From an uncultured virus (IMG/VR IMGVR_UViG_649633043_000004) (Duplodnaviria > Heunggongvirae > Uroviricota > Caudoviricetes), in IMG/VR virus record IMGVR_UViG_649633043_000004: a stretch of DNA of 64,000 nt, one strand, 5' to 3'. The translations under genes were made by a program, and so were the position numbers. Each line of letters begins with the position of its first letter. Within the stretch, counting starts at the first letter, position 1. Shown here piece after piece: positions 27,967 through 35,154 of the stretch. The notes beneath the pieces were generated by a model, which had not been told where the DNA came from, did no database searches, and saw only the letters and a program-made list of their open reading frames with translations.

Positions 27967-28816
27967 GCGTGTCTCCTTCGTCCGACGTATGGAACGTCAC
28001 CTGAATCCTTATATTGAAATCCCACCGCTTATTCGGAAAGCAGTTTTCTCCATCAGCATCCTGCATTTCCCACTTGCATTCGAAGTTTCCCTCGAAGCCA
28101 CGGGCATCTATGTCTGTGGCTATTTTTGTAAATTCGCCCGGTCTTGTATCCAGTACCGGAATAACTGTTTTTAGGGGCCGAGGATGTATTTCTGTCTGAT
28201 TCACCAGAACCAGCTTCCGGTCATGCCATTTACATGTTCCACGGTTCTGTAATTTCCATTCGTGGTGAATGATCTCATAGCAGTCCGCTTCATGACGCCT
28301 GCCGCCGAATTCAACCATAACATCATCGCCAGCATACCGAGGGCCGCTTATGTCATCTGCAGATATCGGTTGCCCTGCCAGAAGCGTCTGATACATCTCC
28401 CAGACTGCGTTGTCAACGTCGTCACCGGGAGTTGTCACGAACAGACTGAACTGTGCTGCAAGAGCATGAGCGAACTTGGCCTTGTCCAGTTGCGCTCCAG
28501 AAGGAATTCCGAACTCCGCCATGCAGGCTGCGAGCTTGTTGGCGGGCAGGTTCTTGTCAATGAATGCAGCAAGCCCATCCAGGTTAATCGGATTCGGGAA
28601 CGACTCCTTTATTTCCGGGATGAGCGGTCTGTCCTTGGCATAATGCCTCTCGCCTTCAAGAGCTTCATTTGTCCTGTTCTTATATGCAAGAGGCATCACA
28701 AAATAATGGCTTCCAGCAGCATTGAAGAACTCGATGATATAGGTTCCTTGATTCCGCTGATTATCTAAAAAGCCATACAGCTTATTGAGAAATTCGTTGC
28801 TCTTAATACTGATCAC
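27959..28816 (-). CDS. Protein with a helical N-terminal domain and a C-terminal NBR1-Ig (FW)-like domain; first gene of the defence operon
   Basis: HEWKLQNRGTCKW...LV...IPVLDTRPGE...EGNFECKWEMQDADGENCF matches the NBR1 FW/Ig pattern; start may be ATT at 28807. Confidence 0.75.
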   Translation of the reverse strand: MISIKSNEFLNKLYGFLDNQRNQGTYIIEFFNAAGSHYFVMPLAYKNRTNEALEGERHYAKDRPLIPEIKESFPNPINLDGLAAFIDKNLPANKLAACMAEFGIPSGAQLDKAKFAHALAAQFSLFVTTPGDDVDNAVWEMYQTLLAGQPISADDISGPRYAGDDVMVEFGGRRHEADCYEIIHHEWKLQNRGTCKWHDRKLVLVNQTEIHPRPLKTVIPVLDTRPGEFTKIATDIDARGFEGNFECKWEMQDADGENCFPNKRWDFNIRIQVTFHTSDEGDTRG

Positions 28817-28820
28817 CTCC

Positions 28821-28907
28821 TCAGGACCTGATTCAGGACCTGCAAGACCTGATTTGCTGCGTGCCTCCCTTTTTCAGGACCTAACTGTCATTCGACAATA
28901 AGGTCAG
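28821..28907. repeat. Direct repeats (TCAGGACCTG-like), candidate operators
   Basis: TCAGGACCTG 28821 and 28833, GCAAGACCTG 28842, TCAGGACCTA 28874, inverted half-site AGGTC at ~28901. Confidence 0.7.
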
Positions 28908-28955
28908 TTGATCGAACGGGCCCTGAAGACAACAAAAGACAGACCTCTGAAATTA

Positions 28956-28984
28956 ATTATACGAGTTCTTTATAAACAAATCAA
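28956..28984 (-). promoter_or_regulatory. Leftward sigma-A promoter for the defence operon
   Basis: Minus strand TTGATT-17 bp-TATAAT. Confidence 0.6.
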
Positions 28985-29055
28985 CAGTATCAGATTTCAG
29001 AAGCGTCAAACACACATAAATCGACAAATACAGGCAAACAAATGGAGGTGAGACA

Positions 29056-29247
29056 GTGACTCACGACGATAGAGAAACGTGGCGCATCAATATCGAGAAC
29101 GATGCTGACCAGGTCTGCTCCATCTACGGAGAGGCAGCTGTCGATGGCGTGTTTCAGCGCTACGACGCGACCTGCTTCGACGATCTCTGCCCTTCCTATT
29201 ACGAGGAAGTGTTCGGCGATCTGGAGCTGATGATTAACGACAACTGA
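29056..29247 (+). CDS. Small acidic hypothetical phage protein
   Basis: Strong RBS GGAGGTG before GTG; 63 aa. Confidence 0.65.
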   Translation: MTHDDRETWRINIENDADQVCSIYGEAAVDGVFQRYDATCFDDLCPSYYEEVFGDLELMINDN

Positions 29248-29322
29248 GAATCTCCTATGAAACATATCGAAAAAGGGCTACAAAACAGCCCACAAAGCTC
29301 CATATGTTAGGAAGTTCGGATT

Positions 29323-29497
29323 TGCCCTGAACAAGGCGTTAAAAGGTTCACCGCCATAGCCGTTCACCCCGGTGCACAGAGGTGGCTCGAGCGGGCCTAG
29401 CGGTCACAAGTGAACAAGAAACCAGTCTACGAGCGTGGCTGGCCGAACGAAACGAGTTGAATTCCCGTTCCGTCTGGCCTGTCACGCCTTCTTTTTT
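29323..29497 (+). promoter_or_regulatory. Structured leader: candidate H-type pseudoknot followed by a terminator-like hairpin
   Basis: UGCC/GGCG stem whose loop UGAAC can pair with downstream GUUCA; GCGUGGC...GUCACGC hairpin followed by CUUCUUUUUU. Confidence 0.45.
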
Positions 29498-29539
29498 GTG
29501 CGGCCTCCGGTTCGGGAGAAGCGAACGGAGGTATCGCAC

Positions 29540-30040
29540 ATGAAAAACAATGTCAACCAGAGTAAACGCATCTACGACAAGACCACCAAGCAGTGGTACG
29601 AGATCCCGGAGGACCAGTATCGCGAGTACGACCGCTGGCGCACGGCGCTGAGGAAACGCATGCAGTATCGCGGCGAGTGCTTCTGCCCGCGCAGCAAATG
29701 GTGGCTGTGCGACGGCAACTGCCTCGACTGCGAATTCCACAACAACACGACCGTCTCTCTTGACGATCCACTGCCGGACGGCGAAGGAACGCTCGCCGAT
29801 TACGTTCCGGACGACGCTCCTCTTATTGAAGAGGTGCTTTCCGAGAAGGCGGAGCTGGACCAGCTCTTCGAGCGTCTGCAGGAGCTCATGCCGGAGGCCA
29901 AGCGTATCGGAGAGCTCCGCGAGGAAGGCCTCTCCGACGAGGCCATCGCCGACACCATCGGCATCAAGCGCACGACGTTCCTGTCCCGCCTGAAGAAGGC
30001 CGAGGGGAAGCTGTCTCAGGAGTTCCCCGACTGGTTCTAA
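29540..30040 (+). CDS. Sigma-70 region-4-type (sigma-like) transcription factor with a Cys cluster
   Basis: ATG 29540 after GGAGGT; CFCP...CDGNCLDC; SLDDP; GLSDEAIADTIGIKRTTFLSRLKK HTH. Confidence 0.8.
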   Translation: MKNNVNQSKRIYDKTTKQWYEIPEDQYREYDRWRTALRKRMQYRGECFCPRSKWWLCDGNCLDCEFHNNTTVSLDDPLPDGEGTLADYVPDDAPLIEEVLSEKAELDQLFERLQELMPEAKRIGELREEGLSDEAIADTIGIKRTTFLSRLKKAEGKLSQEFPDWF

Positions 30041-30047
30041 TCATGCG

Positions 30048-30082
30048 GCTCCGGCTGCCCATCGTGGTGGCCGGAGCTTTTT
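30048..30082 (+). terminator. Intrinsic terminator
   Basis: GCTCCGGCTGCC...GGTGGCCGGAGC + TTTTT. Confidence 0.7.
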
Positions 30083-30101
30083 CTGAAATTCTTCTTTTCC
30101 C

Positions 30102-30137
30102 TTCGTCAAAACGGCCCGCCCGCCTCCAGTGGGAAGT
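30102..30137 (+). promoter_or_regulatory. Phage-specific promoter motif, copy 1
   Basis: TTCGTCAAAA-N12-CTCCAGTGGGAAGT, repeated at 34642. Confidence 0.65.
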
Positions 30138-30180
30138 GTAAGGAGCACGAAAACAGATGCTCCGGATTGGAGGAAACGTG

Positions 30181-30387
30181 ATGAACAAGACACGCAACAG
30201 AAGTCCTGCGGACACCGAGGTTATCGCCGTTCTTATCGCGATAAGCCATGTATCCGCAAGACTGGCAAGGAACCTCTCGATCCTTGCCGCAGACAGACAA
30301 CCATTGGAAGGAGGCAAAGAGAATGTCAAAAATGGCAGAAATGGATCAGACCATCAAGGAACTGCGCGATGCCGCCGCTGCTATTAA
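30181..30387 (+). CDS. Small hypothetical phage protein
   Basis: RBS GGAGGA; helical EVIAVLIAISHVSARLARNL. Confidence 0.5.
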   Translation: MNKTRNRSPADTEVIAVLIAISHVSARLARNLSILAADRQPLEGGKENVKNGRNGSDHQGTARCRRCY

Positions 30388-30655
30388 CAGCGCGGCCGAC
30401 TGGCTCTACCAGCAGTTCTCCGGCAACGACGAGGAACCCGCTCCGCAGCCTGAAGAGACGCAGGCCGAGCCTGAGCCGAAGAAGGAGCTGAAGCTGGAGG
30501 ATGTGAGGAAGGTTCTCGCCGAACGGTCGCGCGCAGGCTATACGGCGCAGATCCGCGAGCTGCTCCACAAGTACGGTGCGAGCAAGCTGTCGGCTGTCGA
30601 TCCGAAGGACTACGAGGCCCTGCTCTTTGATGTGGAGGGACTCAATGAATTCTGA
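30323..30655 (+). CDS. Conserved phage hypothetical protein preceding DUF2800
   Basis: RBS AAGGAGG; LEDVRKVLAERSRAGYTAQIRELLHKYGASKLSAVDPKDY. Confidence 0.8.
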   Translation: MSKMAEMDQTIKELRDAAAAINSAADWLYQQFSGNDEEPAPQPEETQAEPEPKKELKLEDVRKVLAERSRAGYTAQIRELLHKYGASKLSAVDPKDYEALLFDVEGLNEF

Positions 30656-31787
30656 AAGACAGCATGCGGTCCTCTCCGCATCAAGCTCCGACCGGTGGAT
30701 TCACTGCCCGCCGTCGGTACGGCTTAGCGAGGGATTCGAGGACAAAGGAAGCGACTACGCACTGGAAGGCACCTGCGCTCACGCGCTCGCCGAATACAAG
30801 CTCCGCAAGGCGCTCGGCTACCCGGCACAGGACCCGACCGAGGACCTCGCCTTCTACAACGAGGAGATGGAGGAAGCAACAGACGGCTATGTCAGCTACG
30901 TACTGGAAAAGGTCGAGGCCGCAAAAGAGGCCTGCTCTGATCCGGTTGTTCTGGTCGAGCAGCGCGTGGACTACTCCCGCTGGGTGAGACAGGGCTTCGG
31001 CACATCCGATGCGCTGATCATCGCGGACGGCACGCTCCGGATCATCGATCTGAAGTACGGCACCGGCATCGCCGTGTCGGCGGAGGACAATCCGCAGCTC
31101 AAATGCTACTCGCTGGGTGCCTTGGAGCTGTTCGACGACATCTACGACATCGATTCGGTCGCCATGTCGATCTACCAGCCGAGACGGCAGAACGTCAGCG
31201 AATGGCAGATCAGCAAGAATGACCTGCTCGCATGGGCGGACGAGGTTCTGAAGCCTACGGCGGAGCTGGCCTGGGACGGCAAGGGGGAATTCTCCTGCGG
31301 CCCGTGGTGCCGGTTCTGCAAGGCGAAGACCATCTGCAGGAAACGGGCCGAGGAGAACCTGAAGCTCGCGCAGCATGAGTTCAGGCTGCCGCCGGAGCTC
31401 TCCGACGCGGAGATCGAGGTCATCCTTTCCCAGGTGGACGAGCTGGTCTCGTGGGCGTCCGACATCAAGGAGTACGCGCTCCAGCAGGCGCTTTCCGGCA
31501 AGGAGTGGCGCGGCTTCAAGCTCGTAGAGGGCAGGTCCGTCCGCAAGTACGCCAATGAAACCGCCGTCGCCAAGACGGTCGAAGACGCCGGATTCGACCC
31601 GTATGAGAAGAAGCTGCTCGGCATTACTGCCATGCAGAAGCTCCTCGGAAAGAACCGGTTCAATGAACTCCTGTCAGGCTTCATCGAGAAGCCGCAGGGC
31701 AAACCAACACTCGTCCCGGACTCCGACAAGCGTCCGGCGATGAATACAGCAAAAAACGACTTCAAGGAGGTCAAAAATCATGAGTAA
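30645..31787 (+). CDS. DUF2800 Cas4/PD-(D/E)xK-like nuclease
   Basis: HAVLSASSSDRWIHCPPS, GFGTSD, IIDLKYG, NPQL, WCRFCKAKTIC. Confidence 0.88.
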   Translation: MNSERQHAVLSASSSDRWIHCPPSVRLSEGFEDKGSDYALEGTCAHALAEYKLRKALGYPAQDPTEDLAFYNEEMEEATDGYVSYVLEKVEAAKEACSDPVVLVEQRVDYSRWVRQGFGTSDALIIADGTLRIIDLKYGTGIAVSAEDNPQLKCYSLGALELFDDIYDIDSVAMSIYQPRRQNVSEWQISKNDLLAWADEVLKPTAELAWDGKGEFSCGPWCRFCKAKTICRKRAEENLKLAQHEFRLPPELSDAEIEVILSQVDELVSWASDIKEYALQQALSGKEWRGFKLVEGRSVRKYANETAVAKTVEDAGFDPYEKKLLGITAMQKLLGKNRFNELLSGFIEKPQGKPTLVPDSDKRPAMNTAKNDFKEVKNHE

Positions 31788-32358
31788 GACAACTATGCAC
31801 AATCCGATGAAGGTTATCACTGGCCCGAACACCCGCTGGTCCTACGCGAACGTCTGGGAGCCGAAGTCCATCAACGGCGGAACGCCGAAATACAGCGTAA
31901 GCCTCATCATCCCGAAGTCCGACACCGTGACGGTCGCCAAGGTCAAGGCCGCCATCGAGGCTGCCTATAAGGAGGGCGAAGCCAAGCTCAAGGGCAACAG
32001 CAAGTCCGTTCCCGCGCTGTCCGTGATCAAGACGCCGCTTCGTGACGGCGACGCGGAGCGTCCGGACGACGAGGCCTACCGCGGCTCCTACTTCGTGAAT
32101 GCGAACGCAACGACCGCTCCGGGCATCGTGGACGCGGACCTGAATCCGATTCTTTCCCGCAGCGAGGTGTACTCCGGCGTGTACGGCAGAGCCAGCATCA
32201 CGTTCTACGCGTTCAACTCCTCCGGGAACCGCGGCATCGCCTGCGGCCTGAACAACCTGCAGAAGATCCGTGATGGCGAGCCGCTCGGCAGCAAGGCCAG
32301 CGCAGAATCCGACTTCGCGGATTTCACAACCGACAACGACGACGATTTCCTGAACTAA
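31780..32358 (+). CDS. DUF2815 single-stranded DNA-binding protein
   Basis: RWSYANVWEP, PLRDGD, EVYSGVY, GLNNLQK, acidic C-tail DDDFLN. Confidence 0.9.
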   Translation: MSKTTMHNPMKVITGPNTRWSYANVWEPKSINGGTPKYSVSLIIPKSDTVTVAKVKAAIEAAYKEGEAKLKGNSKSVPALSVIKTPLRDGDAERPDDEAYRGSYFVNANATTAPGIVDADLNPILSRSEVYSGVYGRASITFYAFNSSGNRGIACGLNNLQKIRDGEPLGSKASAESDFADFTTDNDDDFLN

Positions 32359-32370
32359 GGAGGCAAGCCA

Positions 32371-32568
32371 ATGGAAACCATCATGAACATGATTCTCTGC
32401 ATCATCTACGACCTGCTCGGCCTCAGCGGCATCGCGCTCCTGATCATCATCTCGGTCACGAGCGCCCGCTCCTACCGGGAGGACAAGGAACTCAGGCTCC
32501 ATCAGGAGGAGCGCGACAAGGAGTACCACGAGCGCCGCATGAAGGAACTCGAAGCGCATCGCAGCTAA
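32371..32568 (+). CDS. Small membrane-anchored hypothetical protein
   Basis: RBS AAGGAGG; hydrophobic N-terminus and charged tail. Confidence 0.6.
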   Translation: METIMNMILCIIYDLLGLSGIALLIIISVTSARSYREDKELRLHQEERDKEYHERRMKELEAHRS

Positions 32569-32593
32569 TCCACAGAACATAAAGCTGTTGGCG

Positions 32594-32626
32594 GGCGGCA
32601 GGGACCTATCTCCCTGCCGCCTTATT
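32594..32626 (+). terminator. Hairpin/terminator
   Basis: GGCGGCAGGGA-cctatc-TCCCTGCCGCC + TTATT. Confidence 0.55.
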
Positions 32627-32637
32627 CGTGAATTGAG

Positions 32638-34635
32638 GTGAAAAATGTGAAGACAATCAGCATAGATATCGAGACGTTCAGCGACGTCGATCTTGGCAAA
32701 TGCGGCGTTTATCGCTATTGCAGTTCGCCTGCCTTCGAGATTCTCCTGTTCGGCTACAGCGTGGACGGAGGCCCGGTTAAAGTCGTCGACCTTGCCTGCG
32801 GTGAAAAGATCCCGGAGGACATCCTCGACGCGCTGACCGATGACACGGTTCTCAAATGGGCATTTAACGCAAACTTCGAACGCGTCTGCCTGTCGCGCTA
32901 CCTGCGGGACATGGGCCGGGGCCTTGACCCGTTCCATGACAATCATCCGCTGTCATTGGAGCATGCCCGGTTCCTGAATCCGGAGGGCTGGCGCTGCTCG
33001 ATGGTCTGGGCGGCGACAATGGGACTCCCTCTCAGCTTGAAAGGCGTCGGCGCAGTCCTGCAGCTTGCCGACCAGAAGATGGATGAAGGCAAGGCCCTCA
33101 TCAAATACTTCTCCGTCCCCTGCGCACCCACCAAGGCGAACGGCGGACGCACTCGGAACCTGCCATCGGATGATCCCGGCAAATGGGCGACATTCAAGAA
33201 GTACAACCAGCGCGACGTCGAGGTCGAGATGATGATCCAAAGGAAACTGCGGAGCTTCCCGGTGCCGGACTTCGTGTGGGACGAGTACCACATCGACCAG
33301 GAGATCAACGACCGAGGCGTGCGCATCGACATGGATCTCGTGGAGAAGGCCATCGACATGGACACCCGCTCCCGCAGCGAGCTGACAGAGAAGATGCAGG
33401 CGATTACGAATCTGGAGAATCCGAACAGCGTCCAGCAGATGAAGCAGTGGCTCTCCGACAACGGCATGGAGGTCGACAGCCTCGGCAAAAAAGCAGTGAC
33501 AGCCCTGCTCAAAACCGCGCCACCTGAACTCACCGAAGTGCTGGAACTCCGGCAGCAGCTTGCGAAATCCAGCGTGAAGAAATACCAGACCATGCAGCGC
33601 GCCGTATGCTCCGATAGCCGTGCTCGCGGCATGTTCATGTTCTACGGCGCGAATCGCACAGGCCGCTGGGCCGGACGGCTCATCCAGCTTCAGAATCTGC
33701 CGCAGAACCATCTGCCTGACCTGGATGCTGCAAGGGCGCTTGTGAAGTCCGGCGACTACGAGGCCGTGAAGATGATCTACGAGGATGTCCCGGACACACT
33801 CAGCCAGCTTATCCGCACTGCCTTCATTCCGAAGGACGGCTGCCGGTTCTACGTGGCGGACTTCTCCGCCATCGAGGCACGCGTCATCGCATGGTACGCA
33901 GGCGAAAAATGGAAGTCCGACGCGTTCGCGAACGGCGAGGACATCTACTGCTCGACGGCAAGACGCATGTTCCACAAGCCGGTCGTCAAGCACGGCGTAA
34001 ACGGCGAGCTTCGCGCCAAGGGCAAGATCGCTGAACTGGCGTGCGGCTACGGCGGCTCGACCGGCGCTTTGAAGGCGATGGGCGCACTCGAAATGGGCCT
34101 GTCGGAGGATGAGCTTCCGGACATCGTCTCCTCATGGCGTGACGCGAACCAGCAGATCGTGAAGTTCTGGTGGGACGTCGACAAGGCCGTCATGGCTGCC
34201 GTGAAAAACCACAAAACCACCCGGCTCGGCAGGCTCGCCTTCTTCTGGCAGGCGGGCATGCTGTTCATCACCCTGCCCTCCGGGCGGAACCTCGCCTATG
34301 TGAAGCCGAAGGTCGGCATGAACCGTTTCGGCGGCGAGTGCATCACCTATGAGGGCGTGGGCGGCACGAAGAAATGGGAACGCCTCGAATCGTACGGCCC
34401 GAAGTTCGTGGAGAACATCGTGCAGGCCACAAGCCGCGACATTCTGTGCAATTCGATGAAGATGCTCCGTCATTGCGACGTCTGCATGCATATCCACGAC
34501 GAGCTGGTTATCGAAGCCGATCCGCGCGTATCGCTTGACACCTTGTGCGAGCAGATGGGACGCGTCCCTGCGTGGGCGGACGGTCTGGTGCTCCGCGCGG
34601 ACGGTTACGTCTGCGATTTCTATAAGAAAGACTGA
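32638..34635 (+). CDS. Phage DNA polymerase, family A, with 3'-5' exonuclease
   Basis: DIETFS, AFNANFER, RTGRWAGR, DFSAIEAR, GKIAELACGYG, HIHDE. Confidence 0.93.
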   Translation: MKNVKTISIDIETFSDVDLGKCGVYRYCSSPAFEILLFGYSVDGGPVKVVDLACGEKIPEDILDALTDDTVLKWAFNANFERVCLSRYLRDMGRGLDPFHDNHPLSLEHARFLNPEGWRCSMVWAATMGLPLSLKGVGAVLQLADQKMDEGKALIKYFSVPCAPTKANGGRTRNLPSDDPGKWATFKKYNQRDVEVEMMIQRKLRSFPVPDFVWDEYHIDQEINDRGVRIDMDLVEKAIDMDTRSRSELTEKMQAITNLENPNSVQQMKQWLSDNGMEVDSLGKKAVTALLKTAPPELTEVLELRQQLAKSSVKKYQTMQRAVCSDSRARGMFMFYGANRTGRWAGRLIQLQNLPQNHLPDLDAARALVKSGDYEAVKMIYEDVPDTLSQLIRTAFIPKDGCRFYVADFSAIEARVIAWYAGEKWKSDAFANGEDIYCSTARRMFHKPVVKHGVNGELRAKGKIAELACGYGGSTGALKAMGALEMGLSEDELPDIVSSWRDANQQIVKFWWDVDKAVMAAVKNHKTTRLGRLAFFWQAGMLFITLPSGRNLAYVKPKVGMNRFGGECITYEGVGGTKKWERLESYGPKFVENIVQATSRDILCNSMKMLRHCDVCMHIHDELVIEADPRVSLDTLCEQMGRVPAWADGLVLRADGYVCDFYKKD

Positions 34636-34641
34636 ATCTGT

Positions 34642-34677
34642 TTCGTCAAAAGCGGTCCGTCTCCTCCAGTGGGAAGT
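34642..34677 (+). promoter_or_regulatory. Phage-specific promoter motif, copy 2, embedded in a terminator-like hairpin
   Basis: TTCGTCAAAA-N12-CTCCAGTGGGAAGT; AGCGGTCCGTCTC/GAGGCGGGCCGCT arms followed by TTGTTTT. Confidence 0.65.
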
Positions 34678-34731
34678 AGAGGCGGGCCGCTTTGTTTTGT
34701 CCGCCTGAATTTTTGAAAGGAGGATACCGGT

Positions 34732-35154
34732 TTGGATTACAGAAACTTTGAGGGCTATCCGGACCCGACATGCTGCGAGGCCTTGAGCCGCATCGAAATG
34801 GCGGAACGCAAGGCGCTCCGCGCGTTCCGGCCCATCATCTACGTCTGCTCGCCATACGCAGGAGACATCAAACACAACGTGGAGGCCGCACGCCGCTACT
34901 GCCGGTTCGCAGTCGAACAGGGATACATTCCGATTGCGCCGCATCTGCTGTTTCCGCAGTTCCTTGACGACACCGATCCGACTGAGCGTGAGCTCGGATT
35001 GTTCTTCGGCAATGCGCTGATGAGCAAGTGTACGGAGGTCTGGGTGTTCGGAAGACACATTTCTCGCGGCATGGCTGCGGAGATCCGGCGAGCCAGATGG
35101 AAAGGCCATCGCCTCCGCTACTTCACGGAGGATCTGAAGGAGGTGTACGACTGA
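34732..35154 (+). CDS. DUF4406/nucleoside deoxyribosyltransferase-like protein
   Basis: IYVCSPYAG, PIAPHL, CTEVWVFG...SRGMAAE. Confidence 0.8.
   Translation: MDYRNFEGYPDPTCCEALSRIEMAERKALRAFRPIIYVCSPYAGDIKHNVEAARRYCRFAVEQGYIPIAPHLLFPQFLDDTDPTERELGLFFGNALMSKCTEVWVFGRHISRGMAAEIRRARWKGHRLRYFTEDLKEVYD

Noticed and set aside
29323..29355. Pistol or twister ribozyme
   Set aside because: Superficial similarity (stem-loop, UUAAA, pseudoknot), but the further stems and catalytic core are not evident
30645..31787. Cas4-like nuclease as a sign of a CRISPR system
   Set aside because: No repeat-spacer array or other cas genes seen; DUF2800 is a standard member of this phage replication module
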